NCBI GenBank assembly: GCA_965222375.1
Contig: CBDCTZ010000016.1
Location: 384,001-448,000, forward strand
Reading direction: 5' to 3'
DNA from: Polyangiaceae bacterium
GTDB taxonomy: Bacteria > Myxococcota_A > Polyangia > Polyangiales > Polyangiaceae
Length of the DNA stretch: 64,000 bases
Part shown: piece after piece, positions 9,610 through 20,400 of the stretch
Position numbering within the stretch: position 1 is the stretch's first letter
Layout: the number at the start of each line of letters is the position of its first letter
Translations under genes and position numbers: made by a program
Notes under the pieces: model-generated
Databases searched by the model: none
What the model was told of the DNA's origin: nothing
Seen by the model: only the letters and a program-made list of their open reading frames with translations

Positions 9610-12405
9610 TTACTGAATGACTACGAGCTCGTCTTTGGTGTCGTCGTAGGCGTACAGCTTCTTGGCGACTCGGTCGAAACCGAGGCCGTATACGCTGCTG
9701 GTCAGGCTGGTGAAGTTCACCAGCTTGTCCGAGTAGGCCGCTCCACCGGGGTTGCACACGAAGAACACGTCGCCGGTGTAGCCCTTGTAGTAGATGAAGT
9801 CGGCCTTGCCGTCGTTGTTGTTGTCGTGGATGGCGAAGCCATTCTTGGTGGTGTTGAGGTCCCAGAGGTCCGTGATCAAGCTGACCGCACCGTTGCTGCG
9901 CTGGACCTTGATCAGACGCTCGCCGTCGCCACAGGCCAGGTAGAAGTAGGTGTCGTCGACACCGAGGCCCGAGCAGTAGCGCTGGCCGGGGACCGCCCGC
10001 TCGAAGGTGGCCGCAACGGGGAGCGTGCCCGTGGCGGGTACCCGCCAGATCTCCGTATCGGTCGAGGTCGAGGACTCGTGGGTCAGCATGTAGATTTGAC
10101 CCTTGTAGGAGTGCGCTCCAATCAGATCATCCGACGGAGAACCCGGGAAAGAAGCGTAGTCCTGGAGCATCCAGCCCACACCGCCGTTGGTGCTAATGCG
10201 CCAGATGCGGCCCTTGTTGCCGGAGCTCAGGTTGTCCAGGGTGTAGATGTTGTTGCCGTCGATCAACATCCCATAGCCCACGTTCGAGCTGCCCAGCACG
10301 GCCGCGGAGTACACGTTCTCCCAAGCGCCACCGGTCTTCTTCGTGCGGTAGAGGCCGGAGGTGCCGCCGATGTAGACCCAACCCGCGGGGTTGGTGTCTG
10401 CCTGGACGTAGTACTCGAAGATGCCGACCGTGCTCCCAGTGGAGTGCCGAGTGACCGTGGTACCAACCATGCCGCCGGCGCCCGGAGTGCAAGGCGGATT
10501 GACCACCTTGAAGGTCCAGGTGGGCGGGGGAACTGGCTTGTTGCAGGTCGAGTCTTCCAGGCCGGTCCAGCTGACGGTGACGTTGTCACCGGGCTTGAGG
10601 CCGGAGCTGGCGATGACGAGCTTCTTGTTCGAGTTCGACCACGTCACGCTCGCCGGGCTGGTGGACAGGTCGTAGGAGAGGTTCGTCGTCGCTCCCTTGA
10701 CCGTGATGATGCCCTTCGAGGGGTTGACCGCCGCGTCGAAGTCGACCTCGAGGTTCGGAGACAAGGTGGTTGTCGTGGAACCGTGCAAGGGCTGAACCAC
10801 CGTCGCTTTGGCTGCGAACACTGCGCAGTTGAGCTCCGTGATGTTGACCGTGAGGGGGTCAGACAGCACGCCGCTGCCGCTGGTCGTGTCGCGGATGTAG
10901 ATGTACACGGGCTTGTTCTGAGTAACGTTCGCCGTCACGTCCATCGACGTCTTGGTGTATTCGGAGAGGCAGGCCAGGCTCGGGTTCAGCGTCCCGCAGG
11001 TCTGGTCCGACACGACCATGGTCCAGCGCGTGCTGCCGGGCTTGTTGATCGAGATGTCGATGCTGCCGTTGAAGGTCGGGTTATATCGCATCACGACGTC
11101 CGGGCCCGTGAGGAATGAGGAGCCGCAGCTCGGGTTCGACGTCAGGTGATCCGCCTTGGTCGCGGTCCAGTTCACGGTGTTGGCGCCCTTCTTCACTTCC
11201 CAGGCCGTGCCGCAGTCCTCGCCCGTGATGGGCGCGGTGACGCAGCTGGGAGTGCCGCCCGTGGCGCTGCAGGTCTGCCCGATGGGGCAGGTAGTGACCG
11301 TCTGCCACTCTTTGCAGGTGTTGCCGAGCAGGTTGCAGGTCTGAATCGTGTTGAACTGGCAGCGCTGCTCGCCCGTGGTGGTGCAGGGGTTGGCGCAGGT
11401 GGGTTGACAAGCAGCCGTCTGAGCGCCGGTCAGCTTGCACAGCCACTCGGCACCCTTGGCGCTGCAGTCTTCGCCCGGTGAGAACACCAGGCAGCCGTTG
11501 ACGTCCTTCTTGCAGGTGTTGACCACGCTGCCGATGCAGGTCTGCAGGTTTTCCTTGGCGCACTGGTTGGAGCAACCGCTGACGCAGGCCTGGGCCGAGG
11601 CGTCGCAGCTTCCACCCGAGGCGGCGCAGTTTTCAGTGGTGCTCCAGTACAGGCAGTTGCTGCCGTTATCCAGGCAGGTCTGCAGGTCGTTGCCGCTGCA
11701 CTGCTTCTGGCCTGGCGTCGTGCACTGGCTGATGCAGGTGCCCGTGCACATGGCATTGCCGGAAGTGGCGTCGCAGGACTGTCCGGTTGCCGCGCAGTCC
11801 TGGCTCCCCGCCCACACCAAGCAGCCGTCGATGCCTTTTTGGCAGGTTTCGATCTGAGTGCCGTTGCAGTGGGTTGCGCCTTCCGTCGGGCAGGCGTTGA
11901 CGCAACCTTGGCAGCCCGCGGTCCCGTTCGCAGCGCTGCAACCCTGGCCCAGATCTTCACAGTTCGTGATGGGCACCCAGAGGCGGCAGCCCGCCTGGGT
12001 CTTGTTGCAAGACTCGATGACGTTGCCGTTGCACTGGGTCGAACCTTCAGTCGGGCAGGCATCGTTGCAGCAGCCGGTGATATTCAAGGTGCAATCGGGA
12101 TTGCAGCTCGCTCCGCCGGCTTCGTAGCCAACGTGTGAGCAGTCCTTCTTGAAGATCTGACCGTCGCAGTTCTCACCCGCCTCGACGACGCCGTTACCAC
12201 AGGTGCCGCACTGGCCCCCCGCGCACGATGCGCAGTCGGAGCTGCAATCGAAGACCGACTCACCGGCTTCGCAAACGTTGTTGCCGCAGACCGGGTCAGC
12301 CCCGGTGCCGGGCACAGCTGGGTCTGTGTCGCTGCCGCAACCAGCGAAGACGATTGCCATCGTCACCGCCAAACTCACCCCCAACCAGATGCGCGCACCT
12401 TTCAT
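9610..12405 (-). CDS. Large Cys-rich surface lipoprotein (myxobacterial disulfide repeats, Ig-like domain, C-terminal propeller-like region)
   Basis: Lipobox FAGC. CGNGVVEAGENCDG motif, about five CxNxC...C...C...W repeats and a Big_5-like segment (LEVDFDAAVNP...WTF). ATG at 12405 with upstream GGAG. Confidence 0.8.
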   Translation of the reverse strand: MKGARIWLGVSLAVTMAIVFAGCGSDTDPAVPGTGADPVCGNNVCEAGESVFDCSSDCASCAGGQCGTCGNGVVEAGENCDGQIFKKDCSHVGYEAGGASCNPDCTLNITGCCNDACPTEGSTQCNGNVIESCNKTQAGCRLWVPITNCEDLGQGCSAANGTAGCQGCVNACPTEGATHCNGTQIETCQKGIDGCLVWAGSQDCAATGQSCDATSGNAMCTGTCISQCTTPGQKQCSGNDLQTCLDNGSNCLYWSTTENCAASGGSCDASAQACVSGCSNQCAKENLQTCIGSVVNTCKKDVNGCLVFSPGEDCSAKGAEWLCKLTGAQTAACQPTCANPCTTTGEQRCQFNTIQTCNLLGNTCKEWQTVTTCPIGQTCSATGGTPSCVTAPITGEDCGTAWEVKKGANTVNWTATKADHLTSNPSCGSSFLTGPDVVMRYNPTFNGSIDISINKPGSTRWTMVVSDQTCGTLNPSLACLSEYTKTSMDVTANVTQNKPVYIYIRDTTSGSGVLSDPLTVNITELNCAVFAAKATVVQPLHGSTTTTLSPNLEVDFDAAVNPSKGIITVKGATTNLSYDLSTSPASVTWSNSNKKLVIASSGLKPGDNVTVSWTGLEDSTCNKPVPPPTWTFKVVNPPCTPGAGGMVGTTVTRHSTGSTVGIFEYYVQADTNPAGWVYIGGTSGLYRTKKTGGAWENVYSAAVLGSSNVGYGMLIDGNNIYTLDNLSSGNKGRIWRISTNGGVGWMLQDYASFPGSPSDDLIGAHSYKGQIYMLTHESSTSTDTEIWRVPATGTLPVAATFERAVPGQRYCSGLGVDDTYFYLACGDGERLIKVQRSNGAVSLITDLWDLNTTKNGFAIHDNNNDGKADFIYYKGYTGDVFFVCNPGGAAYSDKLVNFTSLTSSVYGLGFDRVAKKLYAYDDTKDELVVIQ

Positions 12406-12645
12406 GACATCGTCTCCCAATCACTTACGCCTTGCGTCGACACATTCCCCGACGCCACCAGCTCGAGTTTCTTGCACTCGAACTTTGACTTTTTCACGCT
12501 CTGCCCGGAGCGCTCAAAGCAGGCCCAGGCGGCTGAAATGACTGATATCGGCCCTCCGCGCAAGGGTAGACGCGGATTTTTCGTCTCGGCTGGAATTGTG
12601 TACCCCTGTCCAGATGCGCCCCGTCCGGACGCAAATCCGATGATT

Positions 12646-13476
12646 CTAGGGGTTTGCCGGTCGGTTGCGCCAGGCGCGCAAAAAGAGGGCGCCCACTCCC
12701 GCGACGATGGCCACGGTGGTGTGCCCGAGGCCCAAATGTATCGGGGCCGTCAGCGCGCAGTGCAGCTCGAGGGCCGCGACCCCCAGCAGGCCGGCGGCGA
12801 GAATCAAGAACACGGGACGCGCACTCTTGGGCTCCCGCGCGAGGCGCAACGCAACCCCACCCATCACGAGTCCGACGCCGCTGCCGTACAAGAAGCAACC
12901 CACGGCACGCGGAATCAAATCGTCTCCGACACCCACGACCGAAAGCGGATGGGCCATGTGCGCCTGGGGGAACGTGACAAATGCGACGGGAACGATGATG
13001 GCGATTGCGAGTAGCCCCCACTCGGCCATGCGCGGCGGCAAGGCGCGATCGAAGCGCCACAGCCCGAGTCGCACCAAAGCGACTACCAGGGCGACATAGG
13101 TTGCAACCGTCGCATATAGGCGCAGCCGCGGATAGACGTCGATATCCCCGCGCAAGCTGAACAGCGCGACTACGGTGAGTAAAACCGCGGCCACGCCGCC
13201 CACGACCGCGACTCGGCGAGCAGTGCTCCAACCCCGCAGTGCGTTCAGCCCGGACGACTCCGCCTCGAGTGCCGAGCGCAATCGACTCAGAGCCTCTCCG
13301 CTGGCGGCGGACTCTTCGGCCTCCCCGCTGAGCATGGCTTGCGCGAGCTCGGCGTCGTTGGCCAGCAGCTCCGCGCACGCTTCACAGCCCTCTGCATGGG
13401 CGAGAAGCTCCTCGCTTGGGGATTCCCCGGCGCGAAGGGCACGATGTAGGTGCTGGCAGGTGGACATGTCCGTCAT
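12646..13476 (-). CDS. Membrane anti-sigma factor, NrsF/DUF1109-like, with N-terminal ZAS zinc motif
   Basis: HAEGCEAC (HxxxCxxC), about six transmembrane segments, Cys motifs VGCF and LHC...H...GH. Overlaps the sigma factor stop codon. Confidence 0.75.
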   Translation of the reverse strand: MTDMSTCQHLHRALRAGESPSEELLAHAEGCEACAELLANDAELAQAMLSGEAEESAASGEALSRLRSALEAESSGLNALRGWSTARRVAVVGGVAAVLLTVVALFSLRGDIDVYPRLRLYATVATYVALVVALVRLGLWRFDRALPPRMAEWGLLAIAIIVPVAFVTFPQAHMAHPLSVVGVGDDLIPRAVGCFLYGSGVGLVMGGVALRLAREPKSARPVFLILAAGLLGVAALELHCALTAPIHLGLGHTTVAIVAGVGALFLRAWRNRPANP

Positions 13477-14033
13477 TGGCTTATGCCCTCGGAGGGAGGT
13501 GGGTTACCGAGTTCCGCCAGTTCCACCCGCAATGCGGCATATCCGCGGTGGGCTCGCACCTTGACTGCCGAAACGGAGGCATCGACCAGCTGGGCCACCT
13601 CCGGGAAGGGCAGCCCGGCCAGCCAGTGCAGTGCGATGACCTCGGCCTGGTCCTGCGGGATGCGCGCCAGAGCGTGGCGGAGGGCCTGGGCGGCGTCGAA
13701 GCGTTCGGCTCCGCGAGGGCCTTCCGAGGGGTCTGCGCGACCGTCCAGCTCCAGTGACGCTTCGGGCCGCCGCTTGCGGCGCCGGAACAGCTCGCGCTTT
13801 AGGTTGAAGCCGATGGTGAACAGCCAGGGACGCAGGCGGGCGTTGAGATCGAAGTCGTTCCGCGCGCGGTGAAGTTGAAGGAACGTCTGCTGCACGAGAT
13901 CTTCGGCCGCGGCGATGGAGAGATCCCGACCGAGCACGCGCGTGAGCATCGGCGCATAGCGACGAAAAAGTTCGTCGAAAGACGCGCTGTCGCCCCCCAC
14001 GTAGGCGCGCATCAGCTCCTCGTCGGTCTTCAC
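13473..14033 (-). CDS. ECF RNA polymerase sigma factor
   Basis: TDEELM, FDELFRRY, AEDLVQQTFL, RPWLFTI, region 4 EVAQLVDASVSAVKVRAHRG. GTG start at 14033; the longer ORF-track N-terminus is off-frame read-through of the upstream repeat. Confidence 0.9.
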   Translation of the reverse strand: MKTDEELMRAYVGGDSASFDELFRRYAPMLTRVLGRDLSIAAAEDLVQQTFLQLHRARNDFDLNARLRPWLFTIGFNLKRELFRRRKRRPEASLELDGRADPSEGPRGAERFDAAQALRHALARIPQDQAEVIALHWLAGLPFPEVAQLVDASVSAVKVRAHRGYAALRVELAELGNPPPSEGISQ

Positions 14034-14060
14034 TGACCCGGATTGTATGTGTCGGTCGAC

Positions 14061-14096
14061 AAAGCAAAAGGGGCGGCTCTGAAAAGCCGCCCCTTT
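14061..14096 (-). terminator. Rho-independent terminator
   Basis: Stem AAAGGGGCGGCT/AGCCGCCCCTTT followed by TGCTTT on the minus strand, just after the 14119 stop. Confidence 0.8.
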
Positions 14097-14118
14097 CCCG
14101 GGATTGCACTGGCTTTTT

Positions 14119-15603
14119 CTAGCGCCGACGCCGGCGACCCAGAGCGAGGGCTGCCAGGAATGCCGCCAGCGCCCCGCCGGGAGCCGAAGGCGTTTGGCTC
14201 GGCACCCGGCAGCCGCAGCCGCCGTCGTCATCGGCTTGCAGGGGCGGCATCGTTCCGCCGTCGGTGCCCGCGTCGGTCGCTCCGCCTCCGCCGCTGCTTG
14301 GCGTGCCGCCGGAGCTGACGCTTCCGCCCGTCGCTGCGCCGCCACCGCCCGCGCTGCCTGAACTTCCGCCCGCGCCCGCGCTACCGCTTGCGCCCGCGCT
14401 ACCGCTTGCGCCCGCACTTCCACCCGCGCCCGCGCTACCGCTTGCGCCCGCACTTCCACCCGCGCCCGCGCTACCGCTTGCGCCCGCGCTACCGCTTGCG
14501 CCCGCACTTCCACCCGCGCCCGCGCTACCCGATGCGCCACCGCTACCCGCTGCGCCCGCGCTTCCGCCCGCGCCGCCGGTTCCGCCACAGCCAGGGATCG
14601 GAGTGTTCACGCAGCCCGTGGTTGCCCCGCAACTATCCTTGGTGCAGGGGTCATTGTCGTTGCAGTTGATCTTCGTGTTGCTGCAAGCGCCCGAAGTGGG
14701 ATCACAGCTGTCGGTGGTGCAGAGGTCGTTGTCGTTGCAGTTTTTCGGCGTGTTCACACAGCCCGTGGGGGAAACGCAGCTGTCCACGGTGCAAGCGTTC
14801 TTGTCGTTGCAGTCCAGCTTGCCGGTGCCCTTGGTGCAGATCCCTTGAGAGCACACGTCTCCAACCGTGCACTTGTCGCCGTCGTTGCAGGGCAGCGTGT
14901 TGAAGGAGCTGAGGCATGCGCCGGTGTTCGGGTTGCACGTGTCCGTGGTGCACACGTTGTTGTCGTTGCAACTCTTCGGGGCGCCTGAAGCACACTTCCC
15001 CGCGCCGTCGCAGATGTCACCCGTCGTGCAGGCGTTGCTGTCCGAGCAGGTGAGGTTCTTGGGCAGGTTCACCGAGCGGCACTTGCTCGCGTCCGCCGCG
15101 GCACAGGTCCCGAAGACGCAATTCGTGGTGCCACCTCGGCCAAAAGTGCAGCCGCCTCCCCCCGCGGCGACGCATTGACCGGCGCCATCGCAGACGCCAT
15201 CGCAAGGATTGCCACTGATGGCCGGCCGACAAGCGGCCCCCTTGGCGGCGGGTGCGTTCACGCACGCACCGTTGAAGCATCTATTCGCGCAGGCTGCGTT
15301 GCCCAGGCTCGAGTTGGTTCCGCAGGTGGCGCCATTCATTGCAGTCGTGCCCGCGGCATCGAGCTGCGTGCAGGCTGCGCTGAAGGAGCCCGTGGGCGTG
15401 CAGATTCCTTGGCACTCCAAGAGCGGTCCCGAGCCGTCCGGATCACACGGCAACCCGACTGTGAAGTAGTTGCAGGGCCCGGTGATGGCCTCCTGGGTCG
15501 AGTTCGTGTCCTCTTCGAACACCGGGCTTCCATCATCCGCTGATGCGCACGCTGCCAGAGCGAGACCGGTGCCCGTTGCCAAAGAAATCCAGAGCCTACG
15601 CAT
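14119..15603 (-). CDS. Cys-rich surface protein with Dictyostelium-type CxDxxxCTxDxC repeats and MYXO-CTERM sorting signal
   Basis: Lipobox-like LAAC, repeated CNDNNxCTxDSC, GSAGAS linker, C-terminal GGCGCRVP-TM-RRRRR. GGGAGG ribosome-binding site before ATG 15603. Confidence 0.85.
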   Translation of the reverse strand: MRRLWISLATGTGLALAACASADDGSPVFEEDTNSTQEAITGPCNYFTVGLPCDPDGSGPLLECQGICTPTGSFSAACTQLDAAGTTAMNGATCGTNSSLGNAACANRCFNGACVNAPAAKGAACRPAISGNPCDGVCDGAGQCVAAGGGGCTFGRGGTTNCVFGTCAAADASKCRSVNLPKNLTCSDSNACTTGDICDGAGKCASGAPKSCNDNNVCTTDTCNPNTGACLSSFNTLPCNDGDKCTVGDVCSQGICTKGTGKLDCNDKNACTVDSCVSPTGCVNTPKNCNDNDLCTTDSCDPTSGACSNTKINCNDNDPCTKDSCGATTGCVNTPIPGCGGTGGAGGSAGAAGSGGASGSAGAGGSAGASGSAGASGSAGAGGSAGASGSAGAGGSAGASGSAGASGSAGAGGSSGSAGGGGAATGGSVSSGGTPSSGGGGATDAGTDGGTMPPLQADDDGGCGCRVPSQTPSAPGGALAAFLAALALGRRRRR

Positions 15604-15721
15604 GTGAAACCTCCCGTGGGGCGCCCGCGAGCGCCAAGGCAACACGGAACGTAGCTCAGGAGCGGGAGTGGGGCGAGGAATGGGCCTGATCTGGTCCCCG
15701 GCCTTTCGTCTTGGCGTTCAC

Positions 15722-15759
15722 AAACGCAAAACGGGGCGGCCTGGCAACGGCCGCCCCGT
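15722..15759 (-). terminator. Rho-independent terminator
   Basis: Stem ACGGGGCGGCC/GGCCGCCCCGT followed by TTTGCGTTTG on the minus strand. Confidence 0.8.
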
Positions 15760-15777
15760 CTCGTCTGTCGCGCAGGC

Positions 15778-17211
15778 CTAGCGGCGTCGACGGCGAGCGA
15801 GGGCAAGCCCCGCAAGCGCCGCCAAGATTGCGCCACTCGGAGCGTTTGGCCCCCGGCTCGGGACCCGGCAACCACAGCCACTGTCATCCTCGGCATTGAG
15901 CGGCGGTTTCGTTCCGCCGTCCGCACCCGCGTCCACGGCTCCGGTTCCGCCGGTCGCCGTCCCCGCGGTCCCGGCGCTGCCGCCGGTCGCAGAGCCTGCA
16001 GTCCCAGCGCTGCCGCCACCTGCACCCGCGGCCCCAGCGCTGCCGCCACCGGCGCCCGCGCTGCCCGCCGTCCCGGCGCTGCCCGCCGTCCCGGCACTAC
16101 CCGCAGAGCCGGCGCTACCCGCCGCCCCGGCACTGCCTCCACCGGCCCCGGCGCTGCCTGCTGCTCCAGCGCTGCCCGCGGTGCCGCCACCGCCAGCAGA
16201 ACCCGCCGATCCTGCGCTACCCGCAGCGCCTGCCGATCCCGCGCTACCGCCGGCGCCACCCGTTCCACCACAACCAGTAATGGGCTTGTTCACGCAGCCG
16301 GTGAGGGTCTCGCAGCTGTCCACGGTGCAAGGGTCCTTGTCGTCGCAATCGACCTTCTTGTATTCGCAGGCGCCCGTCGTCGAGTTACAGCCATCGAGGG
16401 TGCAAGCGTCCTTGTCGTTGCAGTTCTTCGGCGTATTCGAGCACCCCGACGCCGCGCTGCAGTCGTCCTTGGTGCACGCATTCTTGTCGTCGCAGTCGAC
16501 TTTGCCGTAGCTGCACAGCCCCGTCGCTGGGACGCAGCTATCCGTGGTGCACATGTCTTTGTCGTTGCAGTTCTTCGCTGCACCGGGGGAGCATTCACCC
16601 GCGCCGTCGCACAGATCGCCCGAGGTGCACAGGTTGCCCTCCTCGCAGGCCAGGTTCTGAGGGAGGGGCCACTTGACGCACTTGGTGGCGTCCGCTGCTT
16701 CGCATCCCAAAAAGACACAACTCTGAGCGTTCTTGCCGCGCCCATATCGGCAACCGTTGGTACCCGTGGGCACGCACTTGCCCGCGCCGTCACAGGCGCC
16801 GTCACACGGGTTGCTGGTCTTGGATACGGCTAGCCGACAGGCCGCACCCTTCGGGGCGTTGGCCTTCTTGCAAACGCCGCTCGAGCAGACGCCCGCCGAG
16901 CACGCGCCATCTCCGACACCTGCCAAGGTTCCACAAGCTGCGCCGTTCAGCGCCGTGACGCCCGCCGTGTCTTGCTTTACGCACTTCCACGCCGTCCCAG
17001 TCGCCACGCACATACCTTCGCACTCGGTCGCGGTGCCGCCGGCGTCAGGATCACAGGGAAGGCCCACCGTGTAAGCGTTGCAGCTGCCCGCGATCGCTTC
17101 TTGGATCGAATCCGTTTCCTCCACGGGGTCGGGTCCACCGTCATCAGCAGACGCGCACGCCCCAATCCCCATAGCCGTAGCTGCCGCCAATGAAATCCAA
17201 AGCTTCCGCAT
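15778..17211 (-). CDS. Paralogous Cys-rich MYXO-CTERM surface protein
   Basis: Same architecture as 14119-15603 (MRKLWISLA..., CNDKDACTxDxC repeats, SGCGCRVP-TM-RRRR). Confidence 0.85.
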   Translation of the reverse strand: MRKLWISLAAATAMGIGACASADDGGPDPVEETDSIQEAIAGSCNAYTVGLPCDPDAGGTATECEGMCVATGTAWKCVKQDTAGVTALNGAACGTLAGVGDGACSAGVCSSGVCKKANAPKGAACRLAVSKTSNPCDGACDGAGKCVPTGTNGCRYGRGKNAQSCVFLGCEAADATKCVKWPLPQNLACEEGNLCTSGDLCDGAGECSPGAAKNCNDKDMCTTDSCVPATGLCSYGKVDCDDKNACTKDDCSAASGCSNTPKNCNDKDACTLDGCNSTTGACEYKKVDCDDKDPCTVDSCETLTGCVNKPITGCGGTGGAGGSAGSAGAAGSAGSAGSAGGGGTAGSAGAAGSAGAGGGSAGAAGSAGSAGSAGTAGSAGTAGSAGAGGGSAGAAGAGGGSAGTAGSATGGSAGTAGTATGGTGAVDAGADGGTKPPLNAEDDSGCGCRVPSRGPNAPSGAILAALAGLALARRRRR

Positions 17212-17438
17212 CGTGAATCCTCCCGTGGAGCGCCCTTCCCAGCGCTGAGACCCTCAACTCTAACCCAATAGGCGCTTCTGGCGAAGCCTGACTCCAAAAA
17301 AGGAACCCAACATGCGCGATGTCAGCAACGCTCAGATCCCGAATGTGAGCCCTATCTGAGCGGACCATGATCTTTGCCTGAACGGACTTTGAAGACGAGT
17401 GGCTTGCACTTCTCACGTGCTCGCCGCAGGTTCCGCCC

Positions 17439-20400
17439 ATGACCGCGAAGGACGCAAAGCGCTTGCCAATGGCCGCGAAGAACGAAAACCGATTGGTGAA
17501 GGAGACAAGCCCGTATTTGCTCCAGCACGCGCACAATCCCGTGGACTGGTTCCCATGGGGGCAAGAAGCCCTCGAGCGATCGAAGCGGGAGGACAAACCT
17601 ATCTTGCTCAGCATTGGCTACGCGGCGTGCCATTGGTGTCACGTGATGGAGCGCGAAAGCTTCGAGAACGAGTCCATCGCGGAGTTCATGAACGAGCACT
17701 TCGTGTGCATCAAAGTCGACCGAGAAGAGCGGCCGGACATCGACGAAATTTACATGGCAGCAACCGTGGCGCTTTCCGGTGCCGGTGGTTGGCCCATGAC
17801 GGTGTTCCTGACGCCGGACCAGAAGCCGTTCTTCGCCGGCACTTATTTTCCGCCGACGGATCACCATGGTCGTCCGGGGTTCCCGACGCTGCTCCAGAAG
17901 ATGGCGGAGCTATGGGAAGGAGAGCGCGACACCTTGCTCGAGCAGGCTAGGGAGTTGACCGACCACGTGCGGGCGCAGGCGAGGGTGTCGCGTCCGACCG
18001 CGGTGAGCGATGCGTCCATCGGCGCAGCAGTGCAAAGCTTGTCGAGCTCCTTCGATTCCGAGTGGGGCGGATTTGGACCTGCGCCGAAGTTCCCAGCTTC
18101 GGCCTCTCTGCAGCTGTTGCTGCGCCATCACCAACGCAGCGGCGACGCGCGCAGCTTGGAGATGGTCGTGACGACTCTGAACGGCATGAAGAACGGGGGC
18201 ATCTACGATCACGTGGCGGGGGGGTTTGCTCGCTATTCCACGGACGATCGCTGGCTCGTGCCGCATTTCGAGAAGATGCTGTACGACAACGCGCAGCTCG
18301 CCCGGGTCTACCTGGCAGCCTTTCAGGTCACGGAAGACCCCGAGTATCGCCGAGTAGCCGAAGAGACCCTCGACTACGTGATCCGCGAAATGCAGGACGA
18401 GTCCGGCGGCTTCTACTCGGCGACCGATGCGGACAGCCAGGGCGTAGAGGGAAAGTTCTTCGTCTGGGATCTCGCGGAGCTCGCCATCATTCTGGGGCCA
18501 AAGGAGGCGGAGATCTTTTGCGCCTACTACGGCGTATCCGAGGATGGGAATTGGGAAGGGCACAACATTCTGACCACACCTCGCCCCATGCCCGAGGTTG
18601 CGGCGGAGCTGGGGTTGGAAACCGAAGCATTGCGGAGTCAGCTCGCAAAGCTGCGCGAGCAAGTCTATGCCGCGCGGCAGAAGCGCGTTCCGCCGCTGCT
18701 CGATGACAAGATCCTGACCGCTTGGAACGGGCTGATGATCGGCGCGATGGCCGAGGGCTATCGCGTCCTCGGCGATGCCCGCTACCTCGCGTCGGCGCAA
18801 TGTGCGGCGGACTACGTGCTCGCCAAGCTAGTGCGCGAGGATGGCGGACTGTTCCGCACGGCACGGGCAGGCCGCGCGCACCTCGATGCTGTGCTCGAGG
18901 ACTACGCCTACCTCACTGAGGCTCTGATCGATCTGTACGAGGCAGGCGGTGACGAAAAGTACCTGGAAGGGGCAGAGCGCGTGGGGGCTCGCGCCGTGAA
19001 AGACTTCGCCGACGAGGAGAGCGGAGCTTTCTTCTTCACCGCTCGGGGTCATGAGCCACTCATCACGCGCACCCGCGAGGGTCACGATGGCGCGTTGCCG
19101 AATGCAGGCGCGGTGATGGCCAGCGCTCTTCTGCGCCTCGGGCGCCAGTTGGATCGCGAGCCTCTGGTGGAACGCGCCAAAAGCTTCGCCGCCACCTACG
19201 GCCGCGAAATCGAGCGCATCCCGCGTGCTTTTTCGACCACCCTGGCGCTGGTGGACTCGTTGCTGTCTCCCCCGGTGGAGCTGGTCTTCGCCGGCGACGG
19301 CGCGGCGCCTGCACTTCAGGAGCTGCGTGCAGAGGTGGCCAAGGCATTTCTGCCGAATCGCGTGGTTGGTTTCGCGGCGTCCAAGCCCGACTCGACCGCA
19401 CGGGCGCTGCTCCGGGACAAGGGCGCCGTTGGCGGCAAGCCCGCTTTGTACATCTGTCGCGACTTCACCTGCCAGGCGCCCATTACCTCCCCGGCGCAGA
19501 TCGCCAGCGCGCTTGCCGCCCACACATCCTCTTTGAAGGATGCCCGAACGGCGAGCGTCGGCGTTTCGAACTTGGATGGTTGCGCGACTGCCGAGGGAAC
19601 CAGCCGCCTGGCACGGCGCCACATCAAGGCCCATGGCGAAAATGCCTACCGCTGCCTCGGCAGCTTGGATCTCCAGGTGAGTCGCTTCGGCTTTGGTGGC
19701 TACCGCGTGGACGACCGCGCTGGAGAGCACCGCGCTGCACTGCGCCACGCGCTGCAATCCGGTGTGAATCTGATCGACACCTCGACGAACTACACCGACG
19801 GCCATAGTGAGCGTCTGGTGGGCGAAGTGCTGTGGGACTTGGCCAGAGAAGGTGAGCTGGCCCGCGATGAAGTCGTGGTGGTGAGCAAGATCGGCTACGT
19901 ACAGGGCGAGAATCTCAGCCTGGCGGAGAGTCGGGAGAGCGAGGGCAAGCCCTTTGCCGAGATGGTCAAGGTCGGACGCGGGATGTGGCATTGCCTGCAT
20001 CCGGAGTGGCTCGAAGATCAGCTCGCGCGCAGCCGCGACCGCCTCGGTCTGAGCTGCGTGGACGTCTGCTTGTTGCACAACCCCGAGTACTATTTGAGCG
20101 AAGCCGCCAGTCGCGACATGCCGCTGCCCGAGGCCCGGGACGAGTTCTATCGTCGACTGACCCAGGCTTTCGTTTGGCTCGAAGGCGCCGTGAAGCGTGG
20201 CGAGATCCTCGCCTATGGCGTTTCGAGCAACACCAGCGTTGCAGCCACCGAAGATCGAGAAGCGACGGATCTGGCTCGCATGATCGCCGCCGCCGAGGCC
20301 GCCGCGGGCGCGAGTGGGCTCGGGCCCGACGAGCACCACTTTTGCGTGTTGCAGCTCCCTTTCAACCTTCTCGAGCCGGCCGCAGCGTTGCTCGCGAACA

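Noticed and set aside
14034..14588. Long Arg/Ala-rich N-terminal extension of the ECF sigma factor
   Set aside because: Off-frame reading of the upstream gene's Gly/Ser/Ala repeat across a terminator; the true start is probably 14033.
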